Shown: positions 36,313 to 49,345, numbered from the whole stretch's first letter. The stretch is 63,767 nt of DNA, filler included, from Octopus bimaculoides (GCF_001194135.2; 5 parts of 5 records of this genome joined end to end with filler, not necessarily neighbours in it); one strand, 5' to 3'. Translations and numbers: made by a program. Notes: generated by a model not told the origin, from the letters alone.

Positions 36313-36569
36313 TACATGTCTTCTTTATAATAGTTATTGATGTGAGTTATTCAAGGGAGGAAGGCAGATCTCATGGTCCCGGTGGGATTAACATTATCAA
36401 AGGTTAATCTAAAGATCTAAAGATAATGTGACAAAAAAGAAAAAAAAACAACAAAACGTTGATATGGAAACTATGCTTGCAACTGAATGAATTGTGCTAA
36501 AGTCATTCAAGGAGCAGGTTGAGATGTGTTAGGCATATCACCTATACAATTTCAGAGTAGATACCAGTT

Positions 36570-36790
36570 ATTAATTCTTTTATAGGGTTCTCAAAATATG
36601 TGTGCCTAATTTAGGCAATTTTAGGGGTAGAGGTTACTCTAGTATTCTTGACTAATACTTCATTTTATCGACTCCGGTTATATGAAAAGGCAAAGTTGAC
36701 TTTGGTGAGATTTGAACACAGAACGTAAAGAACTGGAAAAAATACCGCTTGGTATTTTCTCTGATGATCTCACTATTCAGCCAGTCTCTC
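36570..36790 (-). mobile_element. SINE family D, old
   Basis: ttttatcgactcc...gaaaaggcaaagttgactttggtgagatttgaacacagaacgtaaag. Confidence 0.6.
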
Positions 36791-37125
36791 TATATATGAA
36801 GGGATGAAAGCTAAGATGGTTAAATTCGAAATGTGCTGGAAACCTAACGAAGTCTTCGGATGTCCGATTCATCCTCGGTGCAACGTAAACTTGTCCTTGC
36901 GGTACCTGGCTCTCAACAGTTAAATCTACAGAAGCAGCCGTACTTAATGGAGCCGCAACGGTGGTGGTGGCGCTTTGTAATTAACAAAAGATTAGCTGTG
37001 TTGCATTTTCGAATTAAGATCTTTCTGCTTAACACTACAGAAACCGAATATAAGCAGGTGCCTATGGGAGTAATTGAACCCAGATTTTCTACGCAGTGCC
37101 GTTTCATGTGTGTGTGTTTGTGCGC

Positions 37126-37185
<60 letters not shown>

Positions 37186-37769
37186 GTGTGTATGTGTGTA
37201 TCTGGACTCTATGGTTTACCTTATTCAGAGATAATCTATCGTTATTCTAGCATCGTTTGCTTATTACTGTTGTTCAATCCCAAGTTAGTCCTAATCAAGC
37301 AAATCTATAATCAATGGGGTACAAAGTATTAGTGCATCTAAGACTACATTATATATATGTCTTCTCCCCATTGTGAGTTGATGAGGTATGATTTGATGAA
37401 AATTTGGCTGCTATTTCTGGCGGATCGATCGGCTTCCAATTTCTTAATATAGTTAGTTTGAGTATACAAGTAAGATGCATATGAAATTACAGGTCTATAA
37501 ACTATAAAACTCGATAACCAATGAGAAAATCATTGAGAGATTAAATCAGATTTACGAAGAGAAGCGTAGACAGAGAAAGAAATATGGGAGATAGGAGATA
37601 GAGAGGGAGCAGAAAAGAAAGGGAGAAAAAGGGAGAGGAGAGTGGGAGAAACTAGTTGAAAATTTTTCATTATTTCAGGATAGTTTTTAAAAATCTCGGT
37701 GGGTGATGATGTTCATGCTTTGCATTAATAGTTATGGGTTTATATTTACATACCCATTACTATAGACAA

Positions 37770-38157
37770 GTGGAGACGCAATGGCCTAGTGGTTAGGGCA
37801 ACGGACTCGCGGTCATAGGATCGCGGTTTCGATTCCCAGACCGGGCGTTGTGAGTGTTTATTGAGCGAAAACACCTAAAGCTCCACGAGGCTCCGGCAGA
37901 GGATGGTGGCGAACCCTGCTGTACTCTTTGACCACAACTTTCTCTCACTCTTACTTCCTGTTTCTGTTGTGCCTGTAATTCAAAGGGTCAGCCTTGTCAC
38001 ACTGTGTCACGCTGAATATCCCCGAGAACTACGTAAAGGGTACACGTGTCTGTGGAGTGCTCAGCCACTTGCACGTTAATTTCACGAGCAGGCTGTTCCG
38101 TTGATCCGATCAACTGGAACCCTCGACGTCGTAACCGACGGAGTGCCAACAACAACA
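37770..38157 (+). mobile_element. SINE family B, full length with 11-bp TSD and (AAC)n tail
   Basis: A box TGGCCTAGTGG, B box GGTTTCGATTCCC; TSD ACTATAGACAA at 37759-37769 and 38158-38168. Confidence 0.92.
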
Positions 38158-38998
38158 ACTATAGACAAAGATATACACATCGCGTTTACAGGGGATATGT
38201 AAAGAGGATAGATAGATAGATAGGACACCTAAACTCTTATTTCACCCTGAAATTGGTAAACATCTGTCTTTGATAAATGAATGAGATCGTCATCAACATC
38301 ACCATCATCACCATCACCATCATCATCGTTATCATCACCATCGTCATAATCAGGAGCAACAACAACAGCAATGTCCTTGTTGTCACCACCACTTCTTGGT
38401 GTCGTCGCCATTATTTTCATCCTGGCTTTCGTTGACGTCGTCAATGTCGATGTTGTTAATATCCCCATCGCCACGACGACGACCACCACCACCACCATCA
38501 CCATCACCATCACCACTCTTCCTAATCGTCCTCATGATCGTGATCGTCATTATAATTATCTTCGTCATAGCAAAAATAAAAGTAAAAAAGAGAAAACAAT
38601 ACAAACAAAACACAAGACAAAGCAGTGAACTATAGATGTTGGCATTCTAAAATTAATGGTAAATGAAAAAAAAAAAATCCATGAGAAATTAGAATAAAGC
38701 GAATATTTCAGTCAAAACAGATATAAGAAAGTAAGGAAATACAACGACGTTCCTTGTAATAGTAATTTGTAAAAATAGAAATAGAAAAAACATAAAAATA
38801 AAATAACTAATAAATAATAAATAATATAAAAATAAATGACAAACAAACAAGATACTCTGTATCTCGTTTTGCTGCAGATTTTAGATATTTTACAAGTTTA
38901 AGACTTTGTTTCGACATAAGATTAAAAGCTAGCAAAGACAAATATTTGCTTATCAACAACAATAAACAACAGTATGTTTAAGTGATATTTCAATATGC

Positions 38999-39052
<54 letters not shown>

Positions 39053-39739
39053 NNNNNNNNNNNNNNNNNNNNNNNNNNNNNNNNNNNNNNNNNNNNNNNN
39101 NNNNNNNNNNNNNNNNNNNNNNNNNNNNNNNNNNNNNNNNNNNNNNNNNNNNNNNNNNNNNNNNNNNNNNNNNNNNNNNNNNNNNNNNNNNNNNNNNNNN
39201 NNNNNNNNNNNNNNNNNNNNNNNNNNNNNNNNNNNNNNNNNNNNNNNNNNNNNNNNNNNNNNNNNNNNNNNNNNNNNNNNNNNNNNNNNNNNNNNNNNNN
39301 NNNNNNNNNNNNNNNNNNNNNNNNNNNNNNNNNNNNNNNNNNNNNNNNNNNNNNNNNNNNNNNNNNNNNNNNNNNNNNNNNNNNNNNNNNNNNNNNNNNN
39401 NNNNNNNNNNNNNNNNNNNNNNNNNNNNNNNNNNNNNNNNNNNNNNNNNNNNNNNNNNNNNNNNNNNNNNNNNNNNNNNNNNNNNNNNNNNNNNNNNNNN
39501 NNNNNNNNNNNNNNNNNNNNNNNNNNNNNNNNNNNNNNNNNNNNNNNNNNNNNNNNNNNNNNNNNNNNNNNNNNNNNNNNNNNNNNNNNNNNNNNNNNNN
39601 NNNNNNNNNNNNNNNNNNNNNNNNNNNNNNNNNNNNNNNNNNNNNNNNNNNNNNNNNNNNNNNNNNNNNNNNNNNNNNNNNNNNNNNNNNNNNNNNNNNN
39701 NNACACACACACACACACACATATACGTATATATTGTAT

Positions 39740-39960
39740 GTCTGTGTTTGCCCCCCCCCCACACACACACACCATCGCTTGACAACAGATGTTGCTATGT
39801 TTACGTCCTTTTAACTTAGCAGTTCAGAAAAAGTGACCGATAGAATAAGTACTAGGCTTACAAAGAATAAGTTCTGGGGTCGATTTCTTCGACTAGAAAC
39901 CCTTTAAGGCGGTGCTCCAGCATGGTTTCAGTCAAATGACTGGAATATGTAAAAGAATAT
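39740..39960 (+). mobile_element. SINE family A 3' half (5' part lost in gap)
   Basis: gtctgtgtttg...atcgcttgacaac...gaataagtactaggcttacaaagaataag...ggcggtgctccagcatgg. Confidence 0.8.
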
Positions 39961-40245
39961 ACGTATATATATGTACACATACACACATATACATGCATAC
40001 ACATATTCATTCATACACGCACAATGCACATACACGCACATATACACATACAAAGTTCGTATGTATCAGTGTTAGTACAACGTCAATATTTCTCTCCCTC
40101 CTTTTCTGTAAGCAGCTGTATACACAAAAATACAGATGTACAGAGAACTATAGACAAATTATCCTTGGTCTAGATAAGCGCATACAAACATACATGCATA
40201 CATACATGCATATATACATGCATATGCATATACATTTATATTTGT

Positions 40246-40295
<50 letters not shown>

Positions 40296-40305
40296 NNNNN
40301 NNNNN

Positions 40306-40348
<43 letters not shown>

Positions 40349-41377
40349 TACAAATATAAATGTAAATATACATATATAGGAAAATTTGTTTTGGAGATCC
40401 AAAGAGGCACGTGAATCTCAAAATGTAGTCGCTTTTAAATTTTGTAAGATTTATTCAAATACCAAACCGATTTGGAGAATTTTTTTTATCAATGGTAAAA
40501 ATATAAAAAATATATAAAAAGTGTGTCAAGGAGTTTACAATTACAAGGAATACATACATACATACATGCATACATACATACATAAATGCATACATACATA
40601 CACACACATATATATGCATATATGGGTCCAGAACATCACCAACTGTATAAACAACATGAAGTACGAAAACAAACGAGTTAAATACGCAAAAACGAGAGAA
40701 AAGGGAAACAGGACAAGTAACACAGAGAACGACATTTCATCTGTTTTCGGCAGTCTATCTACTCCTCACTTCGAGCATTCAACGACAATATGAGAATACA
40801 GTTGCTTCCATAAATCCAAAATAGAATTTTGAATTTATTGAGGGTCAAAGTTGAGAACAAAAACAGAACAGTGAAGACATACAAGGAAACCGAACGAAAA
40901 CAAACATGGAGGGTCGTTAGACCGGAACGAGAGGAAAATAGAGTACGTTGGGAAAAATATTTTCGTTGAAAAGAGAAAAGATAGAAGAGAGAGATAGAAG
41001 ACTCCAGTCCTTAGAACGTCGTGCAGGAAAAGAAAAGTAGCCAGGTGAAGAAAAGAAAAATAGCCAGGTGATGAAAAGAAAAATAGCCAGGTGAGGAAAA
41101 GAAAGATGGACGATGGTCACGTGTGAGCAACGCGAGAGAGAAAAGAAAAAGAGGGGGAGAGAGACATATGTATATATATGTTATTCATATTATAATATAT
41201 TATATTATATTATATTATATTATATATTNNNNNNNNNNNNNNNNNNNNNNNNNNNNNNNNNNNNNNNNNNNNNNNNNNNNNNNNNNNNNNNNNNNNNNNN
41301 NNNNNNNNNNNNNNNNNNNNNNNNNNNNNNNNNNNNNNNNNNNNNNNNNNNNNNNNNCACGGAAAGGAGATACGTGA

Positions 41378-41610
41378 CATCACTGGCCAGCCATGTGTGG
41401 CAACTAAGGGACGATGGAATTCCATACTCGATCTTATGGAAAATCATCGAGAACTCAGGAGGTTCCTACATCAACGGGATGAAGCGTTGCAAATTGTGAA
41501 TAGTTGAATACGCGAGAATCCTAAAGTACTCACTCGAACCAGGGAACATCCTTAACTCCAGAAAGGAGATTTTCAGGCCATGTTTATATTTCAGGAGGTT
41601 CCTGCAGGGT
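41378..41610 (+). mobile_element. Penelope-like element endonuclease C-terminal fragment
   Basis: TSLASHVWQLRDDGIPYSILWKIIENSGGSYINGMKRCKL*..E...ILNSRKEIFRPC resembles the PLE TxLSxxIWxLK...W.I...CxLCxxEK...LNxRxE...C tail. Confidence 0.75.
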
Positions 41611-42663
41611 TTTGGAGTCAACAAGATGGCGGCACAACCGGAAGTCGATAGCTAATAGCAAAGGGAGATAATCCTCATTGTTAACTTTGGATAGTGAAGT
41701 ATTTTCTCCTCCACATTTTTAAGAGGTCTTGGACCAACAAGTTTTTGGGATCTGACAATACGCCATAAAGCTAAACCGTTTATGGATGGGAAGCCTAAGG
41801 TAATCCCATAAACTAGCTTTCCCCATTTTTAATGTATGTATGTATGTATGTATGTATGTATGTATGTATATGTATATATTTATGCATACATATATGTGGG
41901 GGTGATTATTATATTCAAATCGATCTAGTGGCGTGTTACATGTTCTGAGAGAGAAAGATTAGCAGATACATTAAACAGGCAGGAAGATGGACAGATAAAT
42001 GGAGGGAGAGCTGAATGAAGATTGAGTGAAAAATGTCTTCGTGTTCGAACTCAGTATCCTAACGAAACTTATGGTATGGTTAGTTTAAAGTAGACGCTTT
42101 ACACCTCTCACTTGCATTGCTCTCTATCTTCGTAATTCTACCCGCCTACAAGGGAACCACTACGTGATCGTCGATCTACGAGAAGTAGTACACATGTTTC
42201 TTTCAATTAGCAGCATCAGTTGAAGAATCTCGAATGTGTCCCCTAGCAAAGAGATCTTTAGTAGAGAAACCTCTCCCACATCACACCAATGACGCAACTC
42301 CACATCAATGACGCAACTTCGATAAATCCAAGCAAGAATCGTCAGCTTCAAATCCTGACACCAAACCATCTGAAACTGCAGATGCACGTCTACTGTATCA
42401 ACACTATATCACATGCGTCCCATGTGTTTGAAAAAAGATCGTCACCGGGTGATCGCTTCCACGTTCATCTTCAGGGGACGAACGAACATGGAGAAAAATT
42501 GTGGCTCACCATTTCAACAGTCCAGGAGTCCAGGGGTTCAATCCGGTAATTATCGCTAGTCTTCATGTCTGGACATAGTTGCAAGTATTGGGTAATGAAC
42601 TGAGTGACAGAACCGTCATACTTCAAAGTCAATGAGAATCATATATATATATAGATATATAAG

Positions 42664-42976
42664 AGCACTCCTTCGGTTACGACGACAAGGGTCCCAGCTG
42701 ATCTGATCAGCGGAACAGCTTGTTCGTGAAATTAACGTGAAAGTGGCTGAGCACTCCACAGACATGTGTACCCTTAACGTAGTTTTCAGGGAGATTCAGC
42801 GTAACACAGAGTGAGACAAGGCTGGCCCTTTGAAATACAGGTTTTGCCAGCTGAGTGGAATAGAGCAACGTGAAATAAAGTATCTTGCTCAAGGACGCAA
42901 CGTGTCGCCGGGAATTGAATTCACGACCTTAAGATCGTGAGCCGAATGCCCTAACCACTAAGCCACGCGCCTTCAC
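42664..42976 (-). mobile_element. CORE-like SINE family C, full length, with the same 3' tail as family B
   Basis: Head gtgaaggcgcgtggcttagtggttagg; core ccttgagcaagatactttatttcacgttgctc..ccactcagctggcaaaa; tail cagccacttt cacgttaatttcacg...gtcgtcgtaaccgaaggagtgc. Confidence 0.85.
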
Positions 42977-43091
42977 ATTATATATATATNNNNNNNNNNN
43001 NNNNNNNNNNNNNNNNNNNNNNNNNNNNNNNNNTTAATTAATTAANNNNNNNNNNNNNNNNNNNNNNNNNNNNNNNNNNNNNNNNNNNNGG

Positions 43092-43122
<31 letters not shown>

Positions 43123-43196
43123 GCCGGTGGTGGTGGTGCTGGTGGTGGTGGTGGTGGTGGTAGCAGTGTTTTTACCAATGTCATCAGTGTTATCAG

Positions 43197-43228
<32 letters not shown>

Positions 43229-44649
43229 TCAACACCACCACCACCATTATCCTCATCATCAAGATCATCCTCAATAGCATCACCAGCAACACCGACACTA
43301 CCACCACCACCACCATCATTTGTCATCACCGTCATCATAATTCTCATCTTCCACATTGAGCCCCCCTCCCACACACACACACACACACACTACAGACAGA
43401 AGCTCGTTGTCATTTTTCGGCCATCAACACATGTCACACAAAAAAAAGTTCCACACACTGAACCAGTCTCTTACGCAACCACGGCATACACACCCGCATA
43501 CATATAGCGTATGCACACACATTAACACACAAACCCGACATACGTATATTCCACACCATCAAATGACATACAAGCACGCGCGAAGCTGGTATGTATATAT
43601 ACACACACATCTCCTTTCCCAAGCGTCCAATAACACTATCCATATCACGTCCTCACTTTGTTGTTTTTTTTGTTATTGTTTTTTGTGTTTTTTGAACCTA
43701 TATATATATATATATATATATAAATATAATTAAGGGTTCAGCAAATATTTGCTTCACCATATACCGAAGTTCAGAAATAGCAGCTAAAAAAGCTGAGAAT
43801 CCCACANNNNNNNNNNNNNNNNNNNNNNNNNNNNNNNNNNNNNNNNNNNNNNNNNNNNNNNNNNNNNNNNNNNNNNNNNNNNNNNNNNNNNNNNNNNNNN
43901 NNNNNNNNNNNNNNNNNNNNNNNNNNNNNNNNNNNNNNNNNNNNNNNNNNNNNNNNNNNNNNNNNNNNNNNNNNNNNNNNNNNNNNNNNNNNNNNNNNNN
44001 NNNNNNNNNNNNNNNNNNNNNNNNNNNNNNNNNNNNNNNNNNNNNNNNNNNNNNNNNNNNNNNNNNNNNNNNNNNNNNNNNNNNNNNNNNNNNNNNNNNN
44101 NNNNNNNNNNNNNNNNNNNNNNNNNNNNNNNNNNNNNNNNNNNNNNNNNNNNNNNNNNNNNNNNNNNNNNNNNNNNNNNNNNNNNNNNNNNNNNNNNNNN
44201 NNNNNNNNNNNNNNNNNNNNNNNNNNNNNNNNNNNNNNNNNNNNNNNNNNNNNNNNNNNNNNNNNNNNNNNNNNNNNNNNNNNNNNNNNNNNNNNNNNNN
44301 NNNNNNNNNNNNNNNNNNNNNNNNNNNNNNNNNNNNNNNNNNNNNNNNNNNNNNNNNNNNNNNNNNNNNNNNNNNNNNNNNNNNNNNNNNNNNNNNNNNN
44401 NNNNNNNNNNNNNNNNNNNNNNNNNNNNNNNNNNNNNNNNNNNNNNNNNNNNNNNNNNNNNNNNNNNNNNNNNNNNNNNNNNNNNNNNNNNNNNNNNNNN
44501 NNNNNNNNNNNNNNNNNNNNNNNNNNNNNNNNNNNNNNNNNNNNNNNNNNNNNNNNNNNNNNNNNAAATTACACAAAAATGAAAATAACACTGATATCTC
44601 ATTTTAACAGATATGTTTACCGAAATTACATAAAAATATCTTGAAATAC

Positions 44650-45135
44650 TAAAGAGTAAATTTATTCAATAAAAATCACCATTGGCTTAAACCACGGGCT
44701 CCAGACGCCTTCGGAATCTCCTGCAACTCTTCTGGACAGTCTCCTGGTTTAAGCTGGTGAACTCTGCCATAATCCTTGCCTTCAGTTCATCTTTGGTGTT
44801 ACAAGGAGTTTTGTTGGTCTCTCGTTCAACTGCGCTCCACGCATAATAATAAAAGGGGTCGCAGTCTGGGGAGTTAGGTGGCCAGATGTTAGGGGTGATG
44901 TGGTCGCAGAAATTGTCTGACAGCTATGACTGGGTTCTCCTACTTGTGTAGCATGGTGCAGGGTCCTGTTGTTAGACATAGGGTCTTCCAGCAGCAAGCC
45001 ACTTGACCTATCTCATCCGGGCACTTGATGTAGGCCTTCGTGTTGAGTCTGAGGCCGTGTAGGGAGATGAATTGCAGTATAACGTCGCCATCACTTGTGA
45101 TCACTCCAAGCACCATGATGTTGACTGGAAGTTCA
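44650..45135 (-). mobile_element. maT/DD37D-like Tc1-mariner transposase C-terminal half
   Basis: IMVLGVITSDGDV...GLRLNTKAYIKC...RPYV.QQD.APC.TS...NIWPPNSPDC.P..YY.W.AVERETNKTPCNTKDELKARI. Confidence 0.8.
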
Positions 45136-45141
45136 TGGACA

Positions 45142-46216
45142 GGAAGTTGGAACAAAGGGCCAACGTGAATGTTTGCGTTAAACTTGGGAAGTCTGCTACA
45201 GAGACATTGAACATGCATCGGCAAACTTACGGCGATGAAGCAATGGGTCATACGCAATGTTTCGAGCGACACGGAAGTCGGCGAGCTGGCAGAAACATTA
45301 GCACGCCGGGCGAAATGCTTAGCTCGATGTAATCGACTTAATCCCTTTGTCTGTCCTTGTTTGTCCCCTCTATATTTAGCCCCTTGTGGGCAATAAAGAA
45401 ATAAGAAGCCTTAGCACGCCGGGCGAAATGCTTAGCGGTATTTCGCCTGTCTTTACGTTCTGAGTTCAAATTCCACCGAGGTCGACTTTGCTTTTCATCC
45501 TTTCGAGGTCGATAAATTAAGTACCAGTTACGTACTGGAGTCGATCTAATCGACTGACTCCCTCCCAAAAAAAATTCGGGCCTTGTGCGTAGAGCAGGAA
45601 AGAATGTTTCGAGTGACACGGGCGCTTCAAAATTGGATGACCGTCCCTGGAAGACCGATCCATGAGCGATCTGGAAGACCTACCATGAATGTCAACCCCG
45701 GAAATGTTGAGAAAATTCATTAGCTTGTAGATGAGGATTGTCGGAGAACAATCTATGATATTTTGAAGCGTTTGAGGGAGGACAGTCGGCGAAAGCGACC
45801 GGATCTGCGGAGCGCGAGGAATTGGATTTTTCACCACGACAATGTACCCTTGTCACCGACCTCTCCCCACTCGTAATTTTCTCACCAAAAGCAACATGGT
45901 ATGACTTCCACACCCACCCTATTCGCCAGGTTTACCACCTGCAGACTTCCATCTCTGCCCCAAGATGAAAATGCAGCTCAAAGGTTGCTATTTTAACGCT
46001 GTTGTCAAGTTGTCGAGATCCAGAGCGAATCGCAGACGGTCCTCGACTCGCTTACGACAAACGACTTCCAGGTCGGATTCTAAAAGTGGCAGCAACGCTG
46101 AGACCGGTGTATTGCTGCGCAAGGTGACTATTTTGTAGGAAATTATGTTAAAACTTAGGTAAATAAGTTATTTTTTATTAAACATAACTATTCCGGGAAC
46201 CTTTTGATACCACCTC

Positions 46217-46217
<1 letters not shown>
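45142..46217 (+). mobile_element. Mariner element, internally deleted, interrupted by a SINE
   Basis: MDRKLEQRANV..CVKLGKSATETLNM...YGDE; HHDN; SPGLPPADF; RCIAAQGDYF; 3' TIR CCGGGAACCTTTTGATACCACCTCG|TA. Confidence 0.8.
45275..45602 (+). mobile_element. Composite (dimeric) SINE family D insertion with 19-bp TSD
   Basis: TSD AATGTTTCGAG(C/T)GACACGG at 45256-45274 and 45603-45621; head segment ttagcacgccgggcgaaatgcttagc present twice. Confidence 0.85.
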
Positions 46218-46270
<53 letters not shown>

Positions 46271-47164
46271 NNNNNNNNNNNNNNNNNNNNNNNNNNNNNN
46301 NNNNNNNNNNNNNNNNNNNNNNNNNNNNNNNNNNNNNNNNNNNNNNNNNNNNNNNNNNNNNNNNNNNNNNNNNNNNNGTGCGTGCGTTTGTGTGTGTGTG
46401 TGTGTGTGTGTGCGTGTGTCTGAGTTTGTGACTATGCACTCTATTTCAAAACAGAACCTGAAAATCAGTTTCCTTTTTAATAAACTTTCGGGTTATGTCT
46501 TTTTAAATGAAAATCTGAACATATAGAAAGGTATCTGATATTAATGGGGTTTTATTGCTGTCAAAACGAAAGACACTTACTTCCACCGAGAATTGAAAAC
46601 CAATTCACACAAAAAAAAACAATATATAAAACAGAAGACAACAGCAAAAAAAATTAATAAAACTCAAGGGGATTTATATTCGCCAGAAGCTTAAAAAATC
46701 CCGTCGCCACTTTTTCTCATTTGTAAAAATAATGACATAAGTACGTTGTTGAAATAAAACAGCAATGACAACACCAATATAAATAACAGTTGCAAAATAA
46801 AATTAGCCGAAATGACAACAACAGCAACAACTAGAAGAACAGCAACAACAACAACGAAAAGAACTGCAATAGAAACAGCAAACAGCTTGGGTACAACAAG
46901 ATGTAAAATCAACAACAAGACCACAAAGGTATTCATAGCTACACTGGTAATAAAACTTCGTTTTGTATTTTTGTCATTTTGTTTTACTTGAAGGTAACTG
47001 CTAATGAGAAGCCATGCTATGATAGAAGAATATAACAAGAAAGTGCTGTGTAAACTACACTTATTAATTCGATATGGTTTTTGGCGCTCAACAGGAAGAA
47101 TGAAATTAACTAGCAGCATATCAAGAAAAGATCGTGCGATACACCACCAAACTGAATACTCTAT

Positions 47165-47270
47165 GGATGGAGGCCCAGTGGTTAGGGCAGCGGACTCGCG
47201 GTCGTAGGATCGCGGTTTCGATTCCCAGACCGGGTGTTGTGAGTGTTTATTGAACGAAAATGCCTAAAAG
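47165..47270 (+). mobile_element. SINE family B 5' fragment
   Basis: ggcccagtggttagggcagcggactcgcggtcgtaggatcgcggtttcgattcccagaccgggtgttgtgagtgtttattg. Confidence 0.85.
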
Positions 47271-47690
47271 CTCGTGTCTGTGTATCTGTGTGTGTATGTA
47301 AAATTAATATAGACAGCAGTTTGCAATATTTTATCAAAAAGGTAAAACTATAATTGTCAATAAATACTTGGGTATCAGAAACACCTACGTTGCTAGAAAT
47401 CAGAGCTAAAATGGTCTAATGTTGTAGTCAAAACACATAATTGTACACATATATTGACAGGTACTATAATCGCCCAAAAACACCCATCATCTCTTATCCG
47501 TATCAATGTAGGTAATTCTAAGACATATATATATATATTTCATATAAAATTAGTGTACATTTAAACACAAAAGAGGTGACCCTAACAGGACACCTTACAC
47601 GCTAGAAGGAATAGTCAAATTCCAAACTACGGTTAAGAGCAATTTCGAAGGGAATGAAAAATAAAAGCATTTACCATATTTTGTCACCGG

Positions 47691-47756
47691 ACCTACGTTT
47701 CGAACTTTAATTAACAAATAAATTAATTTGCTAGGCGAAGTTCTCATCAGCGGGTA
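47691..47756 (-). ncRNA. Type-I hammerhead ribozyme candidate with long AT-rich helix II loop
   Basis: Reverse complement acccg-CTGATGA-GAACT(33 nt)AGTTC-GAAAC-GTA-ggt; helix I weak. Confidence 0.55.
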
Positions 47757-48594
47757 CGCCAAAAATTAACATATAATTATGAGACAAAATAGCACATGTC
47801 TCATTTTTATATATTATATTTTTTGTGCCGCCTTGGTATGAACTAGTATTACTCAGAAATATTACCGGTCTCTGGCACATTGGAAAAAAAAACTACCGGT
47901 ACGCCACATCAGATAGTTCGAGAAGCACTGCTGTACTGTATTTTTTTTGTTTATTTTTATAATTTGTATATATTTATTTTATTATAAATGCAAAACAACA
48001 CCATGGAGGAATCGATGTAAGCTTGAATGATAAACCACGACAGGTGAACCGCGATATGGAGAGAGATTACTGCACACAGATAGGTAAGTGGGAGACAAAC
48101 TGGTAGTTTAAAGATTCAATAGAAAACATGGGCAATATTTTCGGGGAAGGTGTGTTGCGTGGAGATGACCATAGCGAATAAATGACACAACATCGGTAAA
48201 GAAATTTGACAAATTTGAAAAGAAAATGCGAAACCGNNNNNNNNNNNNNNNNNNNNNNNNNNNNNNNNNNNNNNNNNNNNNNNNNNNNNNNNNNNNNNNN
48301 NNNNNNNNNNNNNNNNNNNNNNNNNNNNNNNNNNNNNNNNNNNNNNNNNNNNNNNNNNNNNNNNNNNNNNNNNNNNNNNNNNNNNNNNNNNNNNNNNNNN
48401 NNNNNNNNNNNNNNNNNNNNNNNNNNNNNNNNNNNNNNNCTGAGGAAAAAAGACCGAAAGAGAAGACTAAGAAGAGATAAGAAGCAAGGAGGAGAAAGAG
48501 TGGGGAAGGTGTACGCGGGGAAAGCGATTTATATGAACGAAGTAAAATTAAATTAAACATATGTGGATGTAAAAGTGTAACAACAACAACAGCG

Positions 48595-48640
<46 letters not shown>

Positions 48641-48830
48641 GGAAATACTGAACAGATATTTCAAAAGCAACACGGATATGTTCTGGTATAAAAATGCTGT
48701 GACAATAAAATTGAAATGGATGCGATATACATAAATATACATCCACATAACTGAAATGATGTATGCGCGAATAAAATCGACATACAATAAGTATGTACAC
48801 GTATTCAAGATGAGAACACTAGCGTTCGTA

Positions 48831-49190
48831 AATATTCTTTTCTGCTCTAGGCACAAGGCCCGAAATTTTGCGGGAGAGAGGTGGGGCAATCGATTAGATC
48901 GACCCCAGTACACAACTGGTATTTAATATATCGTCTCCGAAATTATGAAAGTCAAAGTCGACCTCGGCAGAATTTGAACTCAGAACATAAAGACAAATGT
49001 AATACTGCTAAGCATTTCGCCCGGCGTGCTAACGTGCCAGCTCGCTGCCTTACGCATTTGTAAATATTCTTTTGTACTCTAGGCACAAGGCCCGAAATTT
49101 TGCGGGAGAGAGGTGGGGCAATCGATTAGATCGACCCCAGTACACAACTGGTATTTAATATATCGTCTCCGAAATTATGAAAGTCAAAGT
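48831..49190 (-). mobile_element. Two tandem SINE family D copies (second truncated by a 10-N gap)
   Basis: About 110 bp identical between 48847 and 49079 onward. Confidence 0.85.
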
Positions 49191-49200
49191 NNNNNNNNNN

Positions 49201-49345
49201 ACATGCGACACCGAGGTCGAGCTTCTGGCCAAGATCAAAGAGCTGTTGAAAGATCTCCACGGGCAAACAACGTGGAACATATGTGCCAGTTTCCCGAGCT
49301 GTCTTGAAGCCGTGATGATGGAAGCTACTTTGAGTAAACTGCTAT
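49201..49345 (+). mobile_element. maT-like transposase extreme C-terminus
   Basis: TCDTEVELLAKIKELLKDL...ICASFPSCLEAVM parallels the end of the 44650-45135 copy. Confidence 0.55.

Noticed and set aside
36790-36975. Stop-free minus-strand frame ATTTVAAPLSTAASVDLTVESQ...
   Set aside because: No family similarity recognised and splice signals are weak.
37770-37850. tRNA-like sequences with A and B boxes (also in families A, C, D and G)
   Set aside because: These are SINE heads: no complete cloverleaf or acceptor stem, multiple diverged copies, TSDs and tails.
49063-49200. Exact tandem duplication next to a 10-N gap (similarly 16470-16500)
   Set aside because: Identical sequence abutting minimal gaps is more simply explained as unmerged contig overlap than as biological duplication.
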